NCBI GenBank assembly: GCA_032718475.1
Contig: JAUCBJ010008071.1
Coordinates: forward strand, 19,829 to 83,828
Length of the DNA: 64,000 nucleotides
DNA from: Nemertoderma westbladi
Taxonomy: Eukaryota; Animalia; Xenacoelomorpha
Direction of reading: 5' to 3'
Shown here: positions 1-12,782 of the stretch, in pieces
Position numbering within the stretch: the stretch's first letter is position 1
Layout: every line of letters starts with the position of its first letter
The notes under the pieces: generated by a model
Told to the model about the DNA's origin: nothing
What the model saw: only the letters and a program-made list of their open reading frames with translations
The model's database searches: none
Translations under genes and position numbers: made by a program

Positions 1-649
1 TTATTTGATAACTGTGAGGAGTGTCTCTGTTCCAGACAGGGGGGGGGGGGTGGGGGGGGGGACTTTCGACGCTTTCAAAATGTATCCCTTTCCAGGGGAA
101 TAACAGCTGGTTAACAGTTGATGAACAGGAGACACCTCGAGTTTATAGAGGATTCAAGTTTGAATATATGTATTGAATTGTATACATTCTTGTGTCTTTG
201 GCTAGTTCTTATGATTTTCATGGAAAAAATTCAAATTTTCCTCCAATTATATTTTCGTGTGATTTAATTTCAGGAGATAAACGTGAGCTACAGCACGTTC
301 TACCTAGACCATCTACCTAGCAAGTTAGATGGTCTCAATTAGACAGTCTATGTAGATGATCTCACTTGGTGTTAATAACAACTAGAACGTGCTAGGGTGG
401 AACGTTCTACTTTGAGACCATCAATGTAAGCACGCTATTTGGCTATCAGACTAGGCTAGCGTGCTACTTACGTTGTCAGGGTTATATTCCTATTTAAGAA
501 TAATTCATATTTAATAAAACAATAAGATAACGTTTTAATTAATTGGCTAAAATATTTGTTAATTGTAGAGAATGTATTACTTCATCATTTTAATGCCTTC
601 TCTTACAATTATTTATAGGTGAACGCATTAATTGCTAAAATGATAATGA

Positions 650-1918
650 CATTTGACAGTGTGGGGCGAGCCACGAAGTTGGCGGAGCCTTAGCGAATTG
701 ACACTGTTAGGGGGTGGGTCAATTTATGCAAATAGTTGTCGTCGTCGTCGTCGTCGTCGTTGTCGTCGTCGTCGTTGTCGTCGTCGTTACGATTTTGACA
801 TGCTAATAACTTTGTCGGATTTAAAGCTGCCAAGTTGAAAATTTGTAGGTATCAATATGAGCAAAAGTTGAGATTTTTGAGAGACTTTCAGACACCATCA
901 GTGCAATGGTCTCCCGCTAGAGGGCCACATGTCTAAACATTAAATGGCCACCCATTTCTTTGCTTTTAATCCGTTTAAGCTGAAACTTGGGAAGTATGTA
1001 CTAGACCATTAGCTGTAATTTCAAAGGAGGCTAATCTGTCTGCAGTTCTCCAGTCTGCCGCTAGAGGGCGAAATGTCCCGAATGTGAAATTATTCTTCCA
1101 TTTAGTTGTTTATGATCTGATTACGCTGAAACTTGTCATATATGTACTAGATGACATCCTGAGTCTTTGTGTGGATTGTAATCGGTCCGAAGTTTTCCAG
1201 TCTCCCGCTAGAGGGCCACATGTCTAAACATTAAATGGCCACCCATTTCTTTGCTTTTAATCCGTTTAAGCTGAAACTTGGGAAGTTGTACTAGACCATT
1301 AGCTGTATATTTCAAAGGAGGCTAATCTGTCTGCAGTTCTCCAGTTTGCCGCTAGAGGGCGAAATGTCCAGAATGTGAAATTATTCTTCCATTTAGTTGT
1401 TTATGATCTGATTACGCTGAAACTTGTCATATATGTACTAGAAGACATCCTAAGTCTTTGTGTGGACAGTAATCGGTCCGGAGTTTTCGAGTCTGCCGCT
1501 AGAGGGCGAAATGTAGGAAAGTGATAACCTTCGCGAATTCCTTGATCTTAATCTATTTAAGCTGAATTTTGGAATATACAGTACCGGTATGTACTAGACC
1601 ACATGCCTCGTCTTTGTGAGGAAGGTGATCGATCCGTAGTTCTTTAATATGCCGCTAGAGGGCTAAATGTATGAAAGTGAAAACCTTCCAACATTTCGTT
1701 ATTTATGATCCGTCAATCGGAAACTTGGTAGATATGTAATAGACCATAGGCTGTGGCTTTGTAGGGAAACTAATCCTTCCTTCTTCAGTTACCCAGTCTC
1801 CCGCTAGAGGGTTAACGTTTTCCGGGAAAATCTTCTCCTATGTTTTTATAATCCTTTCGAGTTGATACTTAGCATTAACTCATTTCACGTGCTGCGCGAA
1901 GGCCCCACTTCGTGTATG
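650..1918 (+). mobile_element. Non-autonomous Helentron/DINE-1-like (HINE) element with (GTC)n microsatellite and about seven internal ~147-bp tandem repeats
   Basis: Short 5' inverted repeats, (GTC)n at 738-787, ATAACTTT core motif, CCGCTAGAGGG units at 916, 1060, 1207, 1351, 1498, 1654 and 1803, and a 3' hairpin-like end GTGCTGCGCGAAGGCCCCAC that recurs at ~7612 and ~19908. Class assignment is by architecture only. Confidence 0.6.
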
Positions 1919-3223
1919 TATATATATCGGGTTAACTCCTCCGAAACTATAGCTCGTCCGTCAAAGGAAAGTTATATCAATCGACGCATCTCAACCCCAG
2001 GAAGTGAAAAAAAGTTTCGAAAAAAAATATTCAAGTGTCTTTTTTTTATTTCGAAAAATGTCCCCATAAAACGATAATTGCTATAGACTCAATTATAGAA
2101 ACACCAGCTGCTGGTGCTCATGGGGGCCTAATAATGGGACTACTATTGATTGAATGGATAGGCCTACACTGCAGAGAAGTATATTACTTGCCAAATTATA
2201 TTACTTTCTCACTCTATTCCGCAAAAGTAATTAATGTATTACCCCGCCAGCTGAATAGCTCTTCACAGTGAATCCTATGGGAATATCTATATGGTTACTC
2301 ACTGCTATGTTAGGTGGGGGGTCAGCTGATTGAATTTTAAGCGCTGGTCCGTTCAAATGTTTTATAGGTTAATAATAATGACATGTAGCAGCTGGTATTA
2401 CTTTCTCTCAGACTGTAAGTTGGGACACAACTACACTACGTTTGTCTATGGACGGTCTTCTTATAGCCAGCTTGCTAGCTTTTCTAGTTCTTTCAGTATT
2501 ATGGCACCGAATTCTACTGTAACGCTGAGGAATTAAGATCTGTACCGGTACCACACCGCGGACAGGACTGGTGTCACTCATTCTGTAGCTGCAGGCCTGC
2601 ACATATAGGCCCAGTATTTCACTTGCAGGCTCTTCTCGCAGGCATATTTCACTCACTCACTTATACTCTTTCGTGGAATTATTCCTACTCGCGCCAGCGT
2701 GAAGTACCTATAGCTACTTTATTTAAATAGAAATTATAATATAAAATATAAAATATATACAAAAAATATAAAATGTAAAATAAATAAATTATAAACAATT
2801 TTTACTGAAATAAATATCAATAATATATAGGCCTACACCATGTCCAGGAGTGTAGAGTATTTGCTTAGGTACTTAGTCCCCCCAATTGGCAATTATAAGT
2901 ATTTGGCGTATCACGTTTTACTAATAAATTTATTGCATCATTCAAGATAATTAATAAGAAATTCAGTTTCTTTCACCTAAACAAGCGTAGCTATTAATCC
3001 TCGTTTACAATTCAAAAACTAGAACTAGTTGGCAATCTCCGTTAATGACAGAGTTGAAGTCATACAGGTTTTTATAGAACAAATATTTGTTGTGAGTGCG
3101 GATAAATTGTTCTTGGATAGGTGGTTGCAGATATTGATGAGTCAATCATTAACTAATACTACTCAACTACCGGTACTTATATTATATTAACTATTATACT
3201 CAATGTATCAAATCGTAGATAAG

Positions 3224-3475
3224 TCAGCGGTTTTCACACTCGTTACAACTCAATACATCGACGTGGTTTAAAGGAAACCTCCCATTGTTTTCGGGGTTGC
3301 CATGACAGTATCCAAACGCCCAATCATTATCTATTATTTCAACAATAACAATGTCGTCACCGGAAGAAAATGTTAATTCATCAATATCGCCAATAAATTC
3401 AAACTTAGCAACGGCTCTCCCTATCGCTTTGATCGCTTCATATTCATTAGATTTTAAATTTGTTTTCTGCGTTTC
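3224..3475 (-). CDS. Terminal exon of a tandem-SH3 domain protein (C-terminal SH3)
   Basis: Acceptor ttttcgcag|GAA at 3475; translates ETQK...RAVAKFEFIGDIDELTFSSGDDIVLLKIIDNDWAFGYCHGNPENNGRFPLNHVDVL...ENR* (84 codons); phase 0 matches the previous exon. Confidence 0.85.
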   Translation of the reverse strand, partial: ETQKTNLKSNEYEAIKAIGRAVAKFEFIGDIDELTFSSGDDIVIVEIIDNDWAFGYCHGNPENNGRFPLNHVDVLSCNECENR

Positions 3476-3518
3476 CTGCGAAAATAATACGATAAATAAA
3501 TTAGTAAAGATGTCAATA

Positions 3519-3550
<32 letters not shown>

Positions 3551-4599
3551 GGGTGAGAATGATAGTATAATAACATAGTTGATACAATGGATTTCAAATT
3601 GCACTATTACACCCTATCACCAAATCTGATTTATACAATGAGGTACAGTGATACGGATGTAAGGGGGAAATTCAAAACAGTTGGTTGTTTATGTTGTAGG
3701 CCTACTGGTCAGCTATTGTAGGCCTGTACGACTGCGCTGTACTACCAGGCTACGGCTCAGTGTCGGCGTTGTCCAACCGAATGGAGGCATCAGACACTGG
3801 ACAATGAACCGGCCGTTTAGAGGCTGACCTACAACCTCGAAAGTCAATACTCGAAGATGTCAATACTAATATTTATACTAATTTACTAATAGTTATTTGC
3901 TTACTTTTCGCAAAACCAGTGGAGACAGGAGGAGGAGGGGGGGGGGGGGGACTTGACGCATATCCTATCTCGTATAATATCTTGTATCAATACAGTCTTG
4001 TTATTGTGGAACGATATTCTAACCAAAACAATAATCTAACCCCCGCACCACGAAAACAAATTAACTTGTAAGGCATTATGAAAATTAAACAACTTTTCAC
4101 GAACTCACAATGTTGTGAACTATTCAATGATTAATGAGTCACAGAGTAGCTTCATCGGAAAAACTGACTAGTGCGAAGTATACCAGACTTTCTGCTGTCA
4201 TATCTCACTTTGCAGTTTACCATCATGTGTAGAATATCAAAGGTTACAGAAAACAATAACCAAAACTATTGTAACCAAAACAAAAAAGGAATTAGTATCC
4301 GTACCGCTACAGATTATGAGAATTAAATGGGCGCCTTAAAACCTTTAACGAGGATAAATTCATAACAATACAGATTCTTCATATGGAATTTTATATGAAA
4401 TTCCAATTAAATTTGAACGAAAAGTGAAAACCTGGTAATCTTCAATCGAGTGGAAAATTATTAATTCGCGAAATTAAGTTTGAATCGAGTAAATTTTGGC
4501 CGATATATATTAGATTGGAGTTAAAATGATTATCATTGTCATTGGTTATTCAGTCCATAATTTAAAAACCGAAATTGTTAGATTATTTACTATAGTTAC

Positions 4600-4818
4600 C
4601 ATAGTTACATCAACGAATGAAGTTGGGAATATTCCGACTGCATCACCAATACAGCCTCTAATCCAATCAGAATTGACATATTCTATAAAAGTTATGACGT
4701 CACCAGCATTAAATGAAAGATCGCCAGGAGTTTCAGAGTTGTAATCGAATGTCGCAGTTATTGTTGTAGAACATTGTTCCATTTCATTGGTAGCATCGTT
4801 CGGCGGGAAATTCAAATC
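4600..4818 (-). CDS. Internal exon encoding an SH3 domain
   Basis: Acceptor tttag|GAT, donor ATG|gtaact; ATFDYNSETPGDLSFNAGDVITFIEYVNSDWIRGCIGDAVGIFPTSFV is a canonical SH3; phase 0 at both ends. Confidence 0.9.
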
Positions 4819-5239
4819 CTAAATTGCATATAAACTTACAATAATATATTTGTACATAATAATATTGTATAATTGATAATTGTAATATATTCATAATATT
4901 ATAGTGTGAGTATGCAACATGGGAGGAATGTTGCGAGATGCTTTAATTGTAGGGAAATACATCCGTGATGTATCCAGTACTTCCTTTTATATTATATTAG
5001 CTGTGCTTTATACTGTACTTCATGTACTTGTATTTTTTTTATTACAATTCTTAATTGAACAATGTATGAAATGATATAAATAAACAGAAAGTTTAAATAA
5101 TAATAAGTTTGACTATTATGGGTACTACACTACATAAATGAAATTCAGCCAACGAAGTTAAGCCACGCCATGCCATGTTTTACTTCTAATTTATTAAATA
5201 AATTCTCAGAAATATTATTTTTATTTCACTGTTCCTCAC

Positions 5240-7055
5240 CTGAGAAAAGGAACCACACACTTCTGAGTGAGTTTCTTCCAAAGCATTAGTTGGTAATTGA
5301 CCTGACGTGTAATTATCATTGGTATATTCCGGTGTTCCAAGGTAGGTCCGATCAACCATACGGTCATTCGGGATATCTGCATCTTTGATTTCATTGCCGG
5401 ATTCAAGTAAATCTGTATAGCTTTCTGTTCCAATGTAGGCTGTTGGTCCTAAGAGATCATTCGGAGAGTCACTCTCCAGTCTGTCCTCGGGTACATGTTG
5501 CTCCAATATATCCCCAAAATCACCCAATAAACATTTGTCATTGCGGATTTGACAATCACTGTTTCCCCACCCACTATCACCAACATCAACTCTCTCATAT
5601 ACCTTGGGGGTAAGACGATCTGCGATATCATCAACACGTACTTCTGCATCATCTGAATTATCAATTAAGTCAAAGTTTCGAGTTTCGGTATTACTAATAA
5701 TATTATTAGTATGATTGAATTCTTTAGCAGCAACCATACCGCAGTTAGTTATATCAGCATTATCACGATTAACATTATCATTATCAGCGTTTTTAACTGC
5801 GTATTTGGCCTCACCGATAGTAGGTCTACTTGTGTAACTGTCGTCAGTAAATTCAGCTTCTTCAAAGGTATTCATATTTTCTTCCACATCTATGGGATTG
5901 AAATTGGAGATACCCGTAGAAAAATCGTTCAAATTGTCATTTATAAAATATGTTACATCATCATTAATTGAATATTTATCACTATTAACACCATCAATAT
6001 AGGAATTTATTTGTACAGAACTATCAGCACTTTTTTCAGATCTGGCATTAGTCGTATTTTCTTCATTTAAAATTACAGAAGATACATTATTTGTAAATGT
6101 TTTATCTTTGGGTAACCATTCAGTAGTATCTTTGTTAACATCATGGTAGCCATCTTGTTGTATTGAGGTAAAACCTTTTAGATTATCTACAATGTCTTTA
6201 ATAAGATCAATTTCATATTCTTTACAATCCATTGCACCAATACTGTTAGTAGACCTTTGTGTATGTTTGTCAGATAGATTAACTTGGGTTGGTAACTTTT
6301 CAAGATCGGAATCAATCATAGATATTCCATCACATTTAGCGTTTGTGTGTGACTCTTGTATAATTGAATGCGACAATATTTGCTGTTTCTGCGGTTTTGG
6401 AAGTATTTTAGGTTTATTTTGTTTTTTGTATTCAGGGCTGAGTTTGCAATCACTGGTGATTGGCTCCTTGTATTCAGCGACAGGTTTTCTCTCATATGTT
6501 ATTGGTTTATTATATTCTGTAGCAGGTTTAGCCTCGCAGCTGATTGATCTATTGTATTGCTCGAGTGCACCCTCGTTGCTGATTGGTTTAAAATATTCCA
6601 TAACAGGTGCGCCCTCAATGTCGTTATTGTACTCCGCAGAGAGCCCCTCGGAGCTGATTGGTTTACTAAATTCTGTGCTTAGTTTGTCCTCACTACTCAT
6701 TGGTTTCTTGTATTCCGTATTGGGTATGCTCTTATCACTTATTTGTGTATTGAATTCGTCAGTGAGTTTGGCATGATCATTGCTTTTAGGGTTATTATAT
6801 TTTTCATTGCACAATTTATGTTGATTCGAAATTGTTTCATGGTGGTAATCCGTATTATACTGGGTTTTACTAATTTGCTTCTGGGCCGCTGATCTTATTA
6901 TATGCGGTCTTGCGGTACAGTTGGAATCAGTCAAAGTGGACTCCGTTGTTGAAGGTAATGGAATATAGAATATCGATCTACATTGGTCAATACGTCCGCT
7001 TGTTTGTGGGTTTGTCTGTCCTTCTGTCTGTTTCTCTGCGGTTCCATTTCCTTGG
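5240..7055 (-). CDS. Large low-complexity, acidic exon of the same SH3 gene (5' boundary uncertain)
   Basis: The frame of ORF 5186-6934 stays open to ~7075; donor CAG|gtgagg at 5240 is in phase with the SH3 exon; contains degenerate EYxKPIS repeats and a KPKILPKP proline motif; candidate acceptor ctgac..ttattgatag|C at 7055. Confidence 0.7.
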
Positions 7056-7074
7056 CTATCAATAAATAGGTCAG

Positions 7075-7640
7075 CTAGAGGGCGAAATGTCCCGAATGTG
7101 AAATTATTCTTCCATTTAGTTGTTTATGATCTGATTACGCTGAAACTTGTCATATATGTACTAGAAGACATCCTAAGTCTTTGTGTGGACAGTAATCGGT
7201 CCGGAGTTTTCGAGTCTGCCGCTAGAGGGCGAAATGTAGGAAAGTGATAACCTTTGCGAATTCCTTGATCTTAATCTATTTAAGCTGAATTTTGGAATAT
7301 ACAGTACCGGTATGTACTAGACCACATGCCTCGTCTTTGTGAGGAAGGTGATCGATCCGTAGTTCTTTAATATGCCGCTAGAGGGCTAAATGTATGAAAG
7401 TGAAAACCTTCCAACATTTCGTTATTTATGATCCGTCAATCGGAAACTTGGTAGATATGTAATAGACCATAGGATGTGGCTTTGTAGGGAAACTAATCCT
7501 TCCTTCTTCAGTTACCCAGTCTCCCGCTAGAGGGTTAACGTTTTCCGGGAAAATCTTCTCCTATGTTTTTATAATCCTTTCGAGTTGATACTTAGCATTA
7601 ACTCATTTCACGTGCTGCGCGAAGGCCCCACTTCGTGTAT
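7075..7640 (+). mobile_element. 5'-truncated, near-identical copy of the HINE-like element at 650-1918
   Basis: Matches ~1351-1918 almost base for base, including the 3' terminus. Confidence 0.8.
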
Positions 7641-8223
7641 TCTGTGTTCAGCATTACATATTGATATATATATTACTACTATACATACTATATAGATATT
7701 ATACACACTACATATTAAATTTCCTGGTTACTTGCAATATTTTTAATAGGATTTTGTTGAATTATACAATATTGTAGTAATTTATATATTAATTTGGTTA
7801 ACATTCAATACAGCTCCTACTTTAGGCTTAGTCAATTTATTATCTGATGATACAAACATGAATTAATTATTTCAAAGTGGTCTTAAGTCTTTCACCACGG
7901 GCACTCAGGGAAATGCCGGGGTCTGGGGCGATAACCCCCAAGAAAAGAAGCGGGGGTTTGGGGGCGGCAGCCCCCAATAAAAGAAGCGGGGGTTTGGGGG
8001 CGGTAGCCCCCAACAAAAGAAGCGGGGGTTTGGGGGCGGCAGCCCCCAATTAAAAGAAATTAAAAGAATTAAATGAATTAAAAGAAAAACGAACAAAAGT
8101 TGACTATAAAAATGTTTCTTTTATAATTTTGAAAAACTTGTCTAGATACAACTCTTGTCCTGCAACCATCTTTAACTTTTGTTTATTGCTTTGATGCACC
8201 CAGATTAATTTTAACACTTTAAC

Positions 8224-8578
8224 TGGGGGGGGGGGGGGGGGGGTGTCCGGGGGGAAGTGTCCGGGGGGGAAGTGTCCTACTTGGGCGGGGGGGAAGTGTC
8301 CGGGGGGGGGGGGAAGTGTCCGGGGGGGGGGGGAAGTGTCCGGGGGGGAAGTGTCCTAGATCCACTGACAACTTATTTCCAGTGCGGTCCCCCCAGAACT
8401 TTACTCCCCAGAGGAAACTCCAGTACTCATTTAGCTACCACTTAAGGATGCAAGGCAGAGATGCGCCCTGGCTCTTTGTTCCTGCATTCGTGCTGAAACG
8501 AAAACTGCACTGGCCCAAGTCAGGATCGAACCCACGACCTACAGGAGATGTGAATTCAATACGACCACTACACCAAGG
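8224..8578. repeat. G-rich GGGGGAAGTGTCC repeat (MITE-like end) followed by a minus-strand tRNA-headed SINE-like remnant
   Basis: Repeated GGGGGAAGTGTCC at 8244-8356; the reverse complement of 8512-8578 has A-box TGGTGTAGTGG and B-box GGTTCGATCC. Confidence 0.45.
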
Positions 8579-8968
8579 TGGAATATATTGTCATACACCA
8601 AGAGCCTATATTGTCATGTTACCATTAAAGAAAATTCGAGTGTTATGTATATTTAACTGTGGGTACTATCGGCGTATTAGTAGCGAGATTGGGCAATGTA
8701 ACAATATGAGTACTTCGTCCTGAACGTCGCTCATTGTGCGGGATCAGCCATCACCCTCGCTTAACCAGTAGGTTGTGGGACATAAGTCGTAATACATTTG
8801 TACACACTGGACACAAGAGTGAAGGAAAATGAAAACTGTAAGATCCGATGATTGTCGGAACATGTCAACTGATGAAATGTACTTCACCTGGGACCCTTTG
8901 GTACATTTAGTTGACAGGATTCCACATTCCTAAATGTAGTTGTCTTCCATACAGTCATTCGCATTTAC

Positions 8969-9170
8969 CTTAAAGAACTGCAGGGTGGAGCCATTTTCCA
9001 GTGCTCCATAGGTTATCTTATCGCTCTGGCTTCTAAGATCATCGACGTCTTTGATTGGCGGTGTAATAATCTCGACGGTGAGGAATGCCACAAGTTTGGC
9101 CGTGTAGGAACTCATTAGGATCAATGTAGAAAACCACCAGGCACCAGTGATAATCCGTCCTCCTACTGAC
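8969..9170 (-). CDS. Ionotropic glutamate receptor (AMPA/kainate-like) exon: M3 and start of S2
   Basis: Acceptor tactatag|G, donor AAG|gtaaat; [64 protein letters not shown]. Confidence 0.85.
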
Positions 9171-9523
9171 CTATAGTACATTATTAGTTAGAGATCAGAG
9201 GAACCAATCAATATCATTCAGTTATATTTGAATCAATAGACAAGATACCGGGTACCTTATTAGTTACAATTATGCAGCAGGAATATTAGTGGAGTGACAA
9301 CATATATGTAGCCAATCAAATAGCGAATCAAGCAAATCAAATAAATTCTTGCAAAAATGTCATGAAAAATATATGATAAAAATGGATATAAAGACTAAAG
9401 TATTAGAGGCATATTTTCAATAAAGTAAGAGTTTTATGAAAAATGCAGTAATAGAGTTTATTATGCTTGAGCAAATCTGCAAATTTTTATTTTGTTTTTC
9501 ACCCCAAGGCATCATTGCATATG

Positions 9524-9860
9524 ACTACTACTACTAGGATCGGCATGCTGCATTGCAGCTGCATTTTTAAGAATACTGTGCCGGCTTATCGACAAAATTG
9601 CACCGCCACAACTCCGTATCACCCATGACATTAGCTAGATCATCCGCATCTTCTAGGCCAGTGTCCTTTAAGATGCGTCTCAAGAAAGTCATGGGCTGTC
9701 CACCATGCTTATTCACTCCATGAGGCTGCCAAAGTACAAGATTATGCACTGGCTGGTCCTCACGGCGAAAGCAATGTCCTGCAAAGCTGAGGCGATTTGG
9801 TTCGAGTGTCAAGCTTGGGGGAACCAATGAGACACCTCCAATGTTAAATAGTGTCTGACT
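9524..9860 (-). mobile_element. 3' fragment of an RTE-clade LINE inside the iGluR intron
   Basis: RLSFAGHCFRREDQPVHNLVLWQP resembles the C-terminus of the RTE at 14905-17946; (TAG)n tail at 9524-9536 on the minus strand. Confidence 0.75.
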
Positions 9861-9963
9861 ATATTGTCTGACTATATCTGACAATATAGTTGCATATGAC
9901 AATTAGTTTGGGATCATGGCACACGATACAGTATATACTAAAATATACCCGTAGCATTATTAC

Positions 9964-10162
9964 CTTGGAAAGAAATCGCTACTTTGTTGGCACAACGCCC
10001 CAAAACCAAACCAAAAGCTGTTTTGCAGATTGAAATCGTTTATTTTTCCTTCAAAATCGTCACCATTTACCGGCAGCATGTTTTCAACTTCTTTATGCCA
10101 TTCTAGAAGACTGAGTTGACAAGCAATAAACTGGGCTGTTACAATAGCAAGCAGAGAAGCAC
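9964..10162 (-). CDS. Ionotropic glutamate receptor exon: end of M1, loop and M2 pore loop
   Basis: Acceptor ccattcag|GT, donor CCAAG|gtaata (phase 2, completes Arg with the next exon); ASLLAIVTAQFIACQLSLLEW...NDFNLQNSFWFGFGALCQQSSDFFP. Confidence 0.85.
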
Positions 10163-10749
10163 CTGAATGGAATAATAACTATATAAACTACTCTACGACT
10201 ACTACAATCTGACTGCTACATTGAAACTGCACATTGAGATGCTAGACAGTTTGTCACACTGTTTGTTTTTTGTTTGTTTTTTCTATCATTTATGTTTTTT
10301 TCATGTTTTTTATAATTTTTCATTAAAAAAATGGGCAAATATTATGAAATCAAGAAAACTAGTCGAAATATATTAAAGCTTATGAAATTACTAGTTTCAG
10401 TTAGTTAGATAGATAGATTTATTTATTTATACATTATGTAAAAACAATAACAAATACACCTTGTCCAACATAACATACTGTAGTTTGTATAATGGGAATC
10501 ATTATAATGTGATAAATTGCACTTGATCTTCACCTAACGACGATTTATTATGATTTATTATGGGGGTAGTGACTGTTTGCAATGGCGCCAGTCGAGGCCA
10601 AGTACTGTAAAATTATAATAATTTTAAGTAATTGATATTTAATTGATAATTGAATAATAATAAATAAATTTAATTAATTGTAAATAATTCACATTTTAGA
10701 TAACTTAAAATTCATTAATTAACTAACATAATTAACTAATTAACTAAAG

Positions 10750-11764
10750 CAAACAGTCAGCTGTGGCGACCCCAAGGCTCCTCTTTCAATAGCTGCTACC
10801 TGAAGGTAGGGGTGGGCGCCACTCCTATCTGCTACCCGAAGGTAGTGGTGGTCGCTACTCCTATCTGCTACCCGAAGGTAGGGGTGGTCGCTACTCCTAT
10901 CTGCTACCCGAAGGTAGTGGTGGTCGCTACTCCTATCTGCTACCCGAAGGTAGGGGTGGGCGCCACTCCTATCTGCTACCCGAAGGTAGGGGTGGGCGCC
11001 ACTCCTATCTGCTACCCGAGGGTAGGTGTGGGCGCTACTCCTATCTGCTACCCGAAGGTAGTGGTGGTCGCTACTCCTATCTGCTACCCGAAGGTAGTGG
11101 TGGTCGCTACTCCTATCTGCTACCCGAAGGTAGTGGTGGGAGCTACTCCTATCTGCTACCCGAAGGTAGTGGTGGTCGCTACTCCTATCTGCTACCCGAA
11201 GGTAGGGGTGGTCGCTACTCCTATCTGCTACCCGAAGGTAGTGGTGGTCGCTACTCCTATCTGCTACCCGAAGGTAGTGGTGGGAGCTACTCCTATCTGC
11301 TACCCGAAGGTAGTGGTGGTCGCTACTCCTATCTGCTACCCGAAGGTAGGGGTGGTCGCTACTCCTATCTGCTACCCGAAGGTAGGGGTGGGCGCTACTC
11401 CTATCTGCTACCCGAAGGTAGGGGTGGGCGCTACTCCTATCTGCTACCCGAAGGTAGGGGTGGTCGCTACTCCTATCTGCTACCCGAAGGTAGGGGTGGG
11501 CGCTACTCCTATCTGCTACCCGAAGGTAGGGGTGGGCGCTACTCCTATCTGCTACCCGAAGGTAGGGGTGGGAGCTACTCCTATCTGCTACCCGAGGGTA
11601 GGGGTGGGCGCTACTCCTCTCCCTGGTTTTGCTCCCAGTAATTTAACTGGTCCTCATTTTATCGACCCCAGTGGATGAAAGGCTGAGTGAACTCTGGCGT
11701 CGCTGAACCTACAACCAATAGGTTGTGGTACTGCACCGGCACTCAACCAACTGAGGCACACGCC
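10750..11764 (-). mobile_element. tRNA-headed Nin-domain SINE with ~25 copies of a 33-bp unit expanded in its 3' part
   Basis: Minus strand: tRNA-like head, CACTCAGCCTTTCATCCACTGGGGTCGATAAAATGAGGACC core, and a tail homologous to the compact copy at 45433-45662; array at ~10793-11618. Confidence 0.75.
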
Positions 11765-11836
11765 TTTTTAGCCTAAATAACATAGACCAGAAATTGATTC
11801 GCAGGTATGGGTTTTGCTTCTAAACCTCAACGCCCC

Positions 11837-11873
<37 letters not shown>

Positions 11874-12579
11874 ATGGCTCATAATTTTACAGCTAACAAG
11901 CTAATATAATATATGTTTTATTTTCAGTTGAAAACCCAATATTCCTCTCTCAGACCATCGATTGCGCATTATATGGTGACAACTTAATATTTGTTCATTT
12001 CTCCTCAGGTATAAAGTTTGATAAACTTTATAACATATAATATGTGTTTATCACAAATAATCTATAACTATTTAATCTTTGTGAAGGGTGAAAGACTTCA
12101 GAGTGGTATGGGTAATATCTACATGTACATCATCTACATATTTACAATATCTACATAAACAGAACGAGCAGGTGATGGAAATACGTAATTATACAACTCT
12201 AGACTAAGGACAACATAAATTTATGAAATTATTTCCTCTGATACATTATATATATATATATACATTTTATATATATTATATGTATTTATTTTTATTTAAT
12301 TAATAATTATAAATTTATCTATTACTCACTTGTTTCTCGAATAATTTTGGCCAATAAATAATTATACCTTAATATAGAAAACATTTACTCATTATACCTT
12401 CATGTTACTTTTGTAAAGTTAAATTAGCCCCTGGAGTATGGGTCTGGGGGGCAGGATTAGTGAGGGATCTTCTGATATTGGCTGTTTATTCTAGAAAGAG
12501 AACCGAATTATATAAAAACTTTTTAGATGGGTTGACATCTGTTTTAGAGAATAACATAACACTGATTCTATTCCCTTCC

Positions 12580-12782
12580 TGATGCTGTTCTATGATACAA
12601 ATGCAGATCTTGGTTCACTTCATGGGCCTTGTGTACATCATCCACAACCAACTGCTCAAGGCTTGGATATCTTTCTTTGTGAAAATGGCCTTCATGCTGC
12701 TGATACCCACTCACTCATCTTTCCTGGCCCTAGTGTTACTTTTTATGCTTATGGGAATTTATACTTCGATCATAAAACTTAA
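12580..12782 (+). pseudogene. Degenerate LINE APE-endonuclease fragment
   Basis: DTNADLG...FLCENGLHAADT...GPSVTF...DH resembles the GDxNA, TF and DH motifs of non-LTR endonucleases. Confidence 0.4.

Noticed and set aside
6192-6776. 194-aa hydrophobic plus-strand ORF
   Set aside because: Antisense shadow of the SH3 gene's large exon.
10812-11678. 288-aa repetitive ORF (ATPICYPKV)n; array superficially CRISPR-like
   Set aside because: Translation of a 33-bp minisatellite inside a SINE; no unique spacers, no cas genes, eukaryotic context.
11928-12008. 81-bp plus-strand AG..GT bounded candidate exon
   Set aside because: No recognisable homology (not CCDC61); cannot be supported.
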